From a virus (Duplodnaviria > Caudoviricetes): DNA of 24,013 nucleotides. Shown one piece after another: positions 1 to 6,641 of this stretch (positions within the stretch are counted from its first letter, which is position 1; each line of letters starts with the position of its first letter). The position numbers and the translations under genes are program-made. The notes beneath the pieces are model-generated. The model was not told the origin of the DNA. It saw only the letters and a program-made list of their open reading frames with translations, and searched no databases. The DNA is taken from positions 1 to 24,013 of the IMG/VR virus record IMGVR_UViG_3300005254_000063; one strand, given 5' to 3'.

Positions 1-34
1 CAGATAAGAAAGCGCCATTGGAAGGGGTGAGAAC

Positions 35-859
35 TTGAACATAGCCAGAGTTTTCCCGAGATTGACTAATGCGACACCCCGGGATGAATATACCTTTTTC
101 GATGCCCCGGGTATGTTTCTGCCGCCTATTGACGAGGTCCATATTTCAGTTGTTTTTACTTACGACATCAACGAGGTCGAGCGATTGGTAAAGCAATGGG
201 AGCATGTGGCCCCCGTTAAAATTGGCGGCCCGGCATATGACGCCCCGGGCGGTGAGTTTATACCCGGTAGGTATCTAAAAAAAGGTTATGTCATTACCTC
301 CAGGGGCTGCCCAAATAAATGCTGGTTCTGCCGGGTGCCCATCCGGGAGGGTGGGGCGATCCGAGAACTGGAGATTAAAGAGGGTAACAATATCCTTGAC
401 GATAACCTTTTGGCCTGCAGTGAACCCCATATCCGGAAAGTATTCACCATGCTGAAGCGTCAGAAATACGGCAGACCAATGTTTACCGGAGGCTTGGAAG
501 CGGCCAGGCTAAAGGATTGGCATGTCGAGTTATTGCGATCTGTCCGGCCAAAAGAAATGTTTTTCGCCTACGATACCCCGGATGATTATGAGCCTCTTGT
601 CGAGGCCGGGAAAAAACTCCTAAAGGTAGGGTTTACAACGGCATCGCATACTTTGCGGGCTTATGTCCTAATTGGACATCCGAAAGACACGTTCGAAAAG
701 GCGGAAGTCCGATTGACACAAACAATCAAGGCTGGGTTTTTGCCCATGGCCATGCTGTACCGGGACCAAGGAGGAGAAAGAGACTTGGAATGGGCAAGGT
801 TTCAAAGGTTCTGGGCGCGGCCAGCAACGGTAAACCTGAAAATTAAGCAGTTGGCCTGA
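35..859 (+). CDS. Radical SAM protein
   Basis: TSRGCPNKCWFC is the CxxxCxxC [4Fe-4S] motif, followed by a DDNL segment and AYVLIG; RBS-like AAGGGGTGA precedes the TTG start. Confidence 0.88.
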   Translation: MNIARVFPRLTNATPRDEYTFFDAPGMFLPPIDEVHISVVFTYDINEVERLVKQWEHVAPVKIGGPAYDAPGGEFIPGRYLKKGYVITSRGCPNKCWFCRVPIREGGAIRELEIKEGNNILDDNLLACSEPHIRKVFTMLKRQKYGRPMFTGGLEAARLKDWHVELLRSVRPKEMFFAYDTPDDYEPLVEAGKKLLKVGFTTASHTLRAYVLIGHPKDTFEKAEVRLTQTIKAGFLPMAMLYRDQGGERDLEWARFQRFWARPATVNLKIKQLA

Positions 860-971
860 TGCATATTCCAGATAACAAACGGCTACAGTATAGCGAAAAT
901 AGCAGCCCTCAGACGGGCGCTGCCATTGATTGAACAAGAAAACGATAAGTAACTAATTTTCGCCGGGCTTA

Positions 972-1068
972 CCTGGGACCGATCATTCCGGGGACAAGCG
1001 GACCTGGCCGTGCCCGGCCAGTTTCCAGGGGAGGCGCCTCCAACCACACCAAAACCAGGAGGTTGGAG
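972..1068 (+). promoter_or_regulatory. Structured 5' leader of the recombinase gene with an RBS-overlapping stem
   Basis: Pairings: CCTGGGA 972-978 / TTCCAGG 1023-1029; CTGGCCG 1004-1010 / CGGCCAG 1015-1021; CTCCAACC 1038-1045 / GGTTGGAG 1061-1068, which overlaps SD AGGAGG 1057-1062. Confidence 0.4.
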
Positions 1069-1073
1069 AAGAC

Positions 1074-2057
1074 ATGGATACGATTCTAAACCAGTTAACA
1101 AGCGCAATTGCAGAGCTTTGTCCCAGCGTAGACCAAATGCAGGCCCGTATCAAAATGGCGGGCGTCCTGGCCGCCTATGACATTAAGCCAGCGCAGCTAC
1201 CCGGCATCCACCCGGATATCAGAGAAAAAATCAAGCTTTTCTTGGCGGCTAAAAAACTGGAAGGTTTAAGTCCCCTTACAACATTACCCGGCTACGAAAT
1301 CGAACTGCGAATTTTTGCCGAGTCAATCAATAAACCGGTGGAGCAGATAACCACTGCAGATCTGCGGATGTTTCTTGGCAAGTTCAACCATTTAAGATTG
1401 AGTTCATTATCTAAACGACTATCGGTCCTGAAAAGTTTCTTCGGATGGCTCACCGAGGAAGAGATAATCCCACGGGATCCGGCCCGGCGGATTAAACCGC
1501 CAAAAACAGAGCAGCACTTACCCAAGGCCTTGGCCGTAGAAGAACTTGAAATGATACGTGAGTTTTGTAAAACACCACGGGAACGGGCGCTAATAGAGGC
1601 GTTTTATGCCACCGGTTGCCGGCTTTCGGAGGTTCAAGGGCTAGATCGTAAGGACATTGACTGGCAGCGTAACAGTGTCAAGGTTTTCGGTAAAGGGTCA
1701 AAGGAACGTGAAGTATACTTCAGTTGGAAGGCTATCTATCATCTGAAAAAATATCTGGCCGCCCGAAAGGACGCCCACCCGGCACTATTCGTGACTGAGC
1801 GACAACCGATACGCAGGCTAAGCAAAAGAGGGATTCAAAGGGCGATAAAAATAATTGCCGACCGGTCAGGTATCGGTAAAAGCATTTCACCGCATTGGCT
1901 TCGGCACACCTTTGCTACCCTGACTTTGAATAACGGGGCGGATTTAGTGGCCGTGCAAAGCTTACTGGGCCATGCTAATCCCAGTACCACGCAAATTTAT
2001 GCAAGACTGTCCAGCAGTCGGCGCCGGGAGCAATATCAAAAATATCTCGTGCAGTAA
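1074..2057 (+). CDS. Tyrosine recombinase/integrase (XerC/D-like, with N-terminal SAM-like core-binding domain)
   Basis: Catalytic residues present: TGCRLSE (R), GKGSKER (K), HWLRHTFAT (HxxR), LGHANPSTTQIY (H, Y); AGGAGG RBS. Confidence 0.93.
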   Translation: MDTILNQLTSAIAELCPSVDQMQARIKMAGVLAAYDIKPAQLPGIHPDIREKIKLFLAAKKLEGLSPLTTLPGYEIELRIFAESINKPVEQITTADLRMFLGKFNHLRLSSLSKRLSVLKSFFGWLTEEEIIPRDPARRIKPPKTEQHLPKALAVEELEMIREFCKTPRERALIEAFYATGCRLSEVQGLDRKDIDWQRNSVKVFGKGSKEREVYFSWKAIYHLKKYLAARKDAHPALFVTERQPIRRLSKRGIQRAIKIIADRSGIGKSISPHWLRHTFATLTLNNGADLVAVQSLLGHANPSTTQIYARLSSSRRREQYQKYLVQ

Positions 2058-2084
2058 AGAACAGATAGGGGGTTGTAATTCGGG

Positions 2085-2273
2085 GTGGGTCCAAAAGTGA
2101 CGGAACAACTTGCAGCAGAACTGAGTCAGCATGCGGAAGAAATTAACCAGGTGGAATTCGGGGAGATCATATTCAAAGTTCAGAACGGGCGATTGGTTCA
2201 CTGGGACGTGAGAAAAACATTCAAAGCGGTGGGGGCTGACCCGAAAAACGGGAGGTCTGGGCGTAAAGCTTAG
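2085..2273 (+). CDS. Small DUF2292/YezD-like protein
   Basis: Core INQVEFGEIIFKVQNGRLVHWD resembles the DUF2292 pattern (FG.i.i.vqdG.v); typical position upstream of a phage late regulator. Confidence 0.6.
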   Translation: MGPKVTEQLAAELSQHAEEINQVEFGEIIFKVQNGRLVHWDVRKTFKAVGADPKNGRSGRKA

Positions 2274-2288
2274 GCCTCCCTCATTTTT
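2250..2288 (+). terminator. Intrinsic terminator upstream of the sigma-like gene, overlapped by an alternative hairpin
   Basis: 13-bp stem GGGAGGTCTGGGC (2250-2262) / GCTTAGGCCTCCC (2268-2280) with 3 G-U pairs, followed by TCATTTTT; CCCG-AAAAA-CGGG (2240-2252) overlaps the left arm. Confidence 0.65.
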
Positions 2289-2306
2289 ATCAAGGGGGTG
2301 GCGTGG

Positions 2307-2780
2307 GTGAAAAAGTTGATAATGGAGTACAAGCAGTCATTACGGGATTTACATAAAGGAAAGGTAAAACCGTTATATTTGCATAGTATGATATCAGATA
2401 CCCAGTGGGCGATATCGTACATGGAAACCGGACAAATACCCGGGACTAAGTGGTCCGTGGCCCGGTGGTCAAAAGAGGACCGGGAAGTGCTCTTCGACCC
2501 GCATGTTATGGATAAATGCTTTAACCTGCCCGCCGGCCCTGACGAGGTCAGCGAAAACGTGAGAAAAACCGTTGAACAACTGCTTTTAACCCTTGCCCCG
2601 CGGGAACGGCAAGCATTTGTACTGGTCCACGCCCAGGGCTTCAGCTACCAGGAAGCCGCCGATTATATGGCCATCTCCAAAGGAAACGTATACAACCTGA
2701 TCCGCCGGGCGGATAAAAAATTTGAACGGCTGCGCGGGGTTGTAGGACGAAAGCAAGTTAAGGGTGAAGGGATCTCTTAA
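2307..2780 (+). CDS. Sigma-70 region-4 family phage transcription factor (Xpf-like positive late regulator)
   Basis: C-terminal LAPRERQAFVLVHAQGFSYQEAADYMAISKGNVYNLIRRA is a sigma region-4 HTH; located just before the packaging module. GTG 2307 is better spaced from SD AAGGGGGTG than the ORF-track start at 2298. Confidence 0.85.
   Translation: MKKLIMEYKQSLRDLHKGKVKPLYLHSMISDTQWAISYMETGQIPGTKWSVARWSKEDREVLFDPHVMDKCFNLPAGPDEVSENVRKTVEQLLLTLAPRERQAFVLVHAQGFSYQEAADYMAISKGNVYNLIRRADKKFERLRGVVGRKQVKGEGIS
2740..2772 (+). repeat. 33-bp direct repeat, copy 1 (candidate phage-sigma late promoter)
   Basis: TTGTAGGACGAAAGCAAGTTAAGGGTGAAGGGA; 29/33 identical to 3580-3612. Confidence 0.85.
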
Positions 2781-2793
2781 TTAAGAAGCTTTA

Positions 2794-2849
2794 AAGAGCA
2801 GGCCTGATAATCACCGGCGCCGGCCGGGGAGGAAGCAAGGCCTGCTTTT
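2794..2849 (+). terminator. Long-loop stem followed by a short U tract (terminator/attenuator-like)
   Basis: AGCAGGCCT 2797-2805 is the perfect reverse complement of AGGCCTGCT 2838-2846 and extends into TTT; the enclosed 32 nt are GC-rich (CCGGCGCCGGCCGG). Confidence 0.45.
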
Positions 2850-2882
2850 GTATACCCAATTTAACACACGAGGAGTGATGAT

Positions 2883-3431
2883 ATGAATTTTGTGGAGCCC
2901 ATCCGGCAGCAGGGCCTTATCCATGACATTGCCGCCCATCTTAAAAGGAGAAGCGAGAGAGATTATATCATGTTCCTGATCGGCGTCTATACCGGGTTAC
3001 GAATATCCGATATCCTCAAACTGAAAGTCAGGGACGTAAGAAACAAAAACTATATTATCCTTAGAGAGCAGAAAACCGGCAAGCAGCAAACGCTTGAAAT
3101 TAATCCGTACCTAAAACGGGAGCTGGCCAAGTACATCATAAATAAAGATGATGATGAGTACCTTATCAAATCCCGGCAGAACCTGGACAAACCTTTAACG
3201 AGGGTCCAAGCATATAGGATACTCAAAGGGGCAGCTAAGCACTTCAGGCTTCAGTCAATCGGCTGCCATACCCTGCGTAAGACATTCGGGTATCACTTCT
3301 ACCAGCAATATAAGGACGTGGTGACCCTGCAGCAGATCTTGAACCACAGCCATCCAAGTGTCACTCTTCGGTACATCGGCATTGAACAGGAGACCAAGAA
3401 CACTGCCATCAGAAAGCTCAAACTTTTTTAA
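2883..3431 (+). CDS. Small tyrosine recombinase (catalytic domain only; resolvase-like family of Firmicutes phage late regions)
   Basis: TGLRISDIL, EQKTGK, HTLRKTFG, LNHSHPSVTLRY catalytic motifs; 182 aa; GAGGAG RBS. Confidence 0.92.
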   Translation: MNFVEPIRQQGLIHDIAAHLKRRSERDYIMFLIGVYTGLRISDILKLKVRDVRNKNYIILREQKTGKQQTLEINPYLKRELAKYIINKDDDEYLIKSRQNLDKPLTRVQAYRILKGAAKHFRLQSIGCHTLRKTFGYHFYQQYKDVVTLQQILNHSHPSVTLRYIGIEQETKNTAIRKLKLF

Positions 3432-3441
3432 AAAACTTGGT

Positions 3442-3560
3442 TGAGTAACATATTGAGCCAACGTTACATTAAATTTTTTGAAATGTATTTAAGCCCAATA
3501 TTTTGAAGTGCTCCCGGGTATTTTTTGAGTGTAACACAATGTACTGATATGTATCACTCA
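3442..3560. repeat. Imperfect inverted repeat downstream of the small recombinase (candidate recombination site)
   Basis: Left arm TGAGTAACATAT...GTTACATT (3442-3470) resembles the reverse complement of 3527-3560 (TGAGTGATACATAT...GTTACACTC); AT-rich spacer between them. Confidence 0.45.
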
Positions 3561-3579
3561 CATAGAAATATATGGGAAC

Positions 3580-3612
3580 TTGTAGGACGGAAGCAAGCTA
3601 AGGGTAGAGGGA
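3580..3612 (+). promoter_or_regulatory. 33-bp direct repeat, copy 2; candidate late promoter of the morphogenesis operon
   Basis: TTGTAGGACGGAAGCAAGCTAAGGGTAGAGGGA, exactly 840 bp after copy 1 and immediately upstream of the RBS of the first late gene. Confidence 0.6.
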
Positions 3613-3630
3613 CATTTACGGAGGGCAAAA

Positions 3631-3864
3631 ATGGATTACACGTGGTTGATTACGGCGGCCTCGATCATGGGCGTGGTGGCGAACATATATAAGAAGCCCT
3701 GGTGCTTTGCGATATGGACGTGCACCAACATATCATGGCTGTTGATTGACTTCGCGGCCGGGCTTTATGCCCAGGCTTTTCTGTTTGCGTTGTATATCGT
3801 TTTATCCATCTGGGGTCTGGTGCAGTGGAGGATGGATGAAAGGAAAAATGTAACGACTGGATAG
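3631..3864 (+). CDS. Half-size PnuC (nicotinamide riboside transporter)-like membrane protein, 3 TM helices
   Basis: 77 aa, hydrophobic; W.F.IW..TN..W...........LF.LY...SIWG..QW pattern resembles the C-terminal three-helix bundle of PnuC; GGAGGG RBS. Confidence 0.7.
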   Translation: MDYTWLITAASIMGVVANIYKKPWCFAIWTCTNISWLLIDFAAGLYAQAFLFALYIVLSIWGLVQWRMDERKNVTTG

Positions 3865-3868
3865 ATTT

Positions 3869-3916
3869 GGGTCCTTTCGGCGGCCGGGGAGCGTTGCGGT
3901 TCTAGCGAGTCCCGAA
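3869..3916 (+). other. Putative lambda-type cos site (cosQ plus cosN)
   Basis: GGGTCCT (3869-3875) equals lambda cosQ, then 23 nt ending GTTGCG (lambda: 23 nt ending GTTACG), then GTTCTAGCGAGT; directly upstream of a Nu1-like gene. Confidence 0.7.
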
Positions 3917-3977
3917 ATTTGTCCAGGTATGAAAATTTTTTAACTGGTATTTTCTTTCCAAGTAACAGGTGGGTATT

Positions 3978-4535
3978 ATGCCAAAAGATGTAAAGGATGA
4001 TATTTCGGATTTAATCGTGACCACTGACGTAATGGCCGGTATTTTGGGCTTTACCCGTCAAAGGGTAAACCAGCTGGCCAAGGAAGGCGTCCTGGAGAAA
4101 AAAGCCCCGGGGCGCTTTTATTTGATGCATAACATTAAAAAGTATATTGAGTTTATACGCCTTGGGTCGACCGAAGATGAAGATGATGCCGCAACATATT
4201 ATTGGGAAGAAAAGGGCATCCACGAAAGAGCAAAACGGGAGATTTCTGAACTGAAACTGGCGGTGCTGAAAAACAGGCTCCATGATGCCGCCGATATTGA
4301 GATGGTGATAACGGGCATGCTGGTGACCTTTCGGAGCCGGATGCTGGGCATGCCGGCCAAGCTAGCGCCGCTGCTTATCGGACAAACCAACCAGGCAGAA
4401 GTGCAAACCATCCTGGACAAAGAAGTCCGGGAGGCCCTGACCGAGCTTTCTGAATATGATCCGGCGATGTTCGCCGGAGGCGGTGAACTGGTAGATGAAG
4501 AAGAAGACGAGGAATTTATTTCAGAGAATCCTTAA
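3978..4535 (+). CDS. terS: Terminase small subunit (lambda Nu1-like)
   Basis: N-terminal winged HTH (VMAGILGFTRQRVNQLAKEG), coiled coil ERAKREISELKLA, overlaps the large-subunit gene; ATG 3978 preferred over GTG 3969 from SD spacing. Confidence 0.88.
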   Translation: MPKDVKDDISDLIVTTDVMAGILGFTRQRVNQLAKEGVLEKKAPGRFYLMHNIKKYIEFIRLGSTEDEDDAATYYWEEKGIHERAKREISELKLAVLKNRLHDAADIEMVITGMLVTFRSRMLGMPAKLAPLLIGQTNQAEVQTILDKEVREALTELSEYDPAMFAGGGELVDEEEDEEFISENP

Positions 4536-6375
4536 AACCTTAGCCCCGCCGCCGAAGCTGACCGTCAGCCAGTGGGCGGACAGTAGACGTAAACTTTCCG
4601 CCGAAAACTCGGCGGAGCCCGGCCAGTGGCGTACGGACCGGGCTCCGTACCAGCGGGAGATTATGGATTGCGTTACGGATCCGCAGGTAGAAAAGGTCGT
4701 TATAAAAGCCAGCAGCCAAACGGGGAAAAGCGAGATAGTAAACAATGTCATCGGCTATTACATTGATATTGACCCCGGGCCGCTGCTGATGATTCAGCCG
4801 ACGATTGAAATTGCCCAGGATTATTCCAAACGGCGGATTACGCCGATGGTTAAGGATACTGAAGTGCTGGCGGCGAAGGTGGCCGACAGCAAGACAAGGG
4901 ACCTGAACAACACTATCCTGATGAAGGTATTTCCCGGCGGTTTCCTGGCGATGGCCGGAGCCAACAGCCCGGCCGGCCTGGCCAGCCGGCCGATTAAGGT
5001 TTTACTTTGCGACGAGGTGGACAGGTATCCCGAGAGTGCCGGCGGCGAAGGTGACCCGATTGCCCTTGGTGAAAAGCGGACTATAACCTTTTGGAACCGG
5101 AAAAAGATATTCGCGTCCACCCCCACGGACAAGGACGTTTCCAGAATTGACACCGAATACGAGCTGGGCACCCAGGAAGAATGGCGGGTGAAGTGCCCCG
5201 GGTGCGGTAAACACCATTTTATCGTGCTCCGGGATATCCAGTTTAAATATGATAAGCATGAGCAAAACAAAAAGTTTGTCTACGTTGTCCATGAGGTCAG
5301 GTGGCGCTGTCCGGATTGTTTGAACGAGTACGATGAGTACACCATGAAAAGGCAGCCGGCGGCCTGGTTTGCCAATAATCCGGCGGCCCTGGAAAACGGT
5401 ATCCGCAGCTTTCGGCTTAATTCCTTTGTGTCACCGTGGTATAGTTGGAAACGCATTGTGCAGGAGTTTCTGGAAAGCAAGAACGATCCGGAACTGTTTA
5501 AGGTTTTCGTTAACACGGTGCTGGGTGAATCGTGGGAAGAGCGCGGCGAAATTGATGATGAATCTATCCTTTTGGACCGGCGCGAAGAATACGAAGCGGA
5601 GCTCCCCGATGGGGTACTGATTCTCACCTTGGCGGCGGACACCCAAGACGACCGGCTTGAATATGAGGTTATTGGTTGGGGCCACGGGGAAGAGTCGTGG
5701 GGCATAGAAAAGGGGGTTATCTGGGGGAAGCCGGATGATAAGAGTACCTGGCAGTTGCTCGATGATAAGCTTGATAAAACGTGGCACTTTGCCGACGGTA
5801 TCGGTCTGGTGGTTGCCTGCGCCTGCATCGACAGCGGCGGCCACTTTACTGAGAATGTCTATCAGTATTGTGGTAGCCGGTTGAATAAACGGGTATTTGC
5901 CATAAAAGGCGAGGGCGGCTCCGGTATTCCTCTGGTGTATAAGATCAGCCGGAATAATAAGTATAAGCTGCCCTTGATATTGTTAGGCGTGGACAGCGGC
6001 AAAACGTCTATCATGCAGCGGTTAAAGATAAAACAGCCGGGTATAAAATACTGTCATTTCCCGGTCCAGGAAGAGCGCGGTTATGACCAGATGTATTTTA
6101 AAGGGTTGATTTCAGAGAAACAGGTAATCCGGAAGGTGAAGGGCCAGGCGGTTAAGGTCTGGGAGAATATCGCCAAAGATAAAAGAAACGAGCCGTTAGA
6201 CCTCCGGGTATACAATCTCGCGGCCTTGCAACTGATGAAGCCTAATTTCGACGCCCTTGAAAAACGGCTGAAAGAAATTACATCGGGATCGGTTGCCGTC
6301 TCCGGAAGCAGTTCAAAACTCAAAGCGGGACAGACTCAACAAAAGTACGGTTGCGTTAAAAAGTCAGCCGTTTAA
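4495..6375 (+). CDS. terL: Terminase large subunit (lambda GpA family)
   Basis: LTVSQWAD...PGQW..DRAPYQ N-terminus, Walker A SSQTGKS, Walker B LLCDEVD, STPT motif, CxxC pairs, nuclease motifs ADTQ/IDSGG/RNEPLD. Confidence 0.96.
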   Translation: MKKKTRNLFQRILKTLAPPPKLTVSQWADSRRKLSAENSAEPGQWRTDRAPYQREIMDCVTDPQVEKVVIKASSQTGKSEIVNNVIGYYIDIDPGPLLMIQPTIEIAQDYSKRRITPMVKDTEVLAAKVADSKTRDLNNTILMKVFPGGFLAMAGANSPAGLASRPIKVLLCDEVDRYPESAGGEGDPIALGEKRTITFWNRKKIFASTPTDKDVSRIDTEYELGTQEEWRVKCPGCGKHHFIVLRDIQFKYDKHEQNKKFVYVVHEVRWRCPDCLNEYDEYTMKRQPAAWFANNPAALENGIRSFRLNSFVSPWYSWKRIVQEFLESKNDPELFKVFVNTVLGESWEERGEIDDESILLDRREEYEAELPDGVLILTLAADTQDDRLEYEVIGWGHGEESWGIEKGVIWGKPDDKSTWQLLDDKLDKTWHFADGIGLVVACACIDSGGHFTENVYQYCGSRLNKRVFAIKGEGGSGIPLVYKISRNNKYKLPLILLGVDSGKTSIMQRLKIKQPGIKYCHFPVQEERGYDQMYFKGLISEKQVIRKVKGQAVKVWENIAKDKRNEPLDLRVYNLAALQLMKPNFDALEKRLKEITSGSVAVSGSSSKLKAGQTQQKYGCVKKSAV

Positions 6376-6392
6376 GGGGGTGATCCTGGTAA

Positions 6393-6629
6393 GTGTCCAC
6401 TGATAGACTTCAAAAAGCAAAGGACCGGCTAAACGCATATTACGAAGCCGAGCTTGCTATCCTGGCTGGTCAGGAGTACCGTATCGGTACCCGGACGCTG
6501 CGCCGGGCGAATCTGCAGGAAATAAGATCCGCTATAAATGAACTGGAAAAACTGGTCAAACAGTTAGAGGACCAGGCAAGCGGCATTACCACAACCCGGG
6601 CCCGCCGGGTAGTGATAAGGGATATATAA
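6393..6629 (+). CDS. Head-to-tail joining protein (gpW/DUF6148-like)
   Basis: YYEAELAILAGQEYRIGTRTLRRANL pattern; between terminase and portal as in lambda. Confidence 0.8.
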   Translation: MSTDRLQKAKDRLNAYYEAELAILAGQEYRIGTRTLRRANLQEIRSAINELEKLVKQLEDQASGITTTRARRVVIRDI

Positions 6630-6641
6630 GGCGGTGGTCGT

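Noticed and set aside
860-951. Short open frame after the radical SAM gene (...KIAALRRALPLIEQENDK-stop), possibly a gene remnant
   Set aside because: No start codon or RBS in that frame and too short to assign.
2740-3612. 33-bp repeat as CRISPR repeat or prophage attL/attR
   Set aside because: Only two copies 840 bp apart, no cas genes, and phage genes continue on both sides.
5280-5844. Long minus-strand ORFs (182 and 137 aa) opposite terL
   Set aside because: Antisense shadows of a conserved gene; no motifs or RBS.
4495-6375. Possible intein or intron in the terminase large subunit
   Set aside because: 626 aa is normal for the GpA family; no intein-like C/HN termini or reading-frame break seen.
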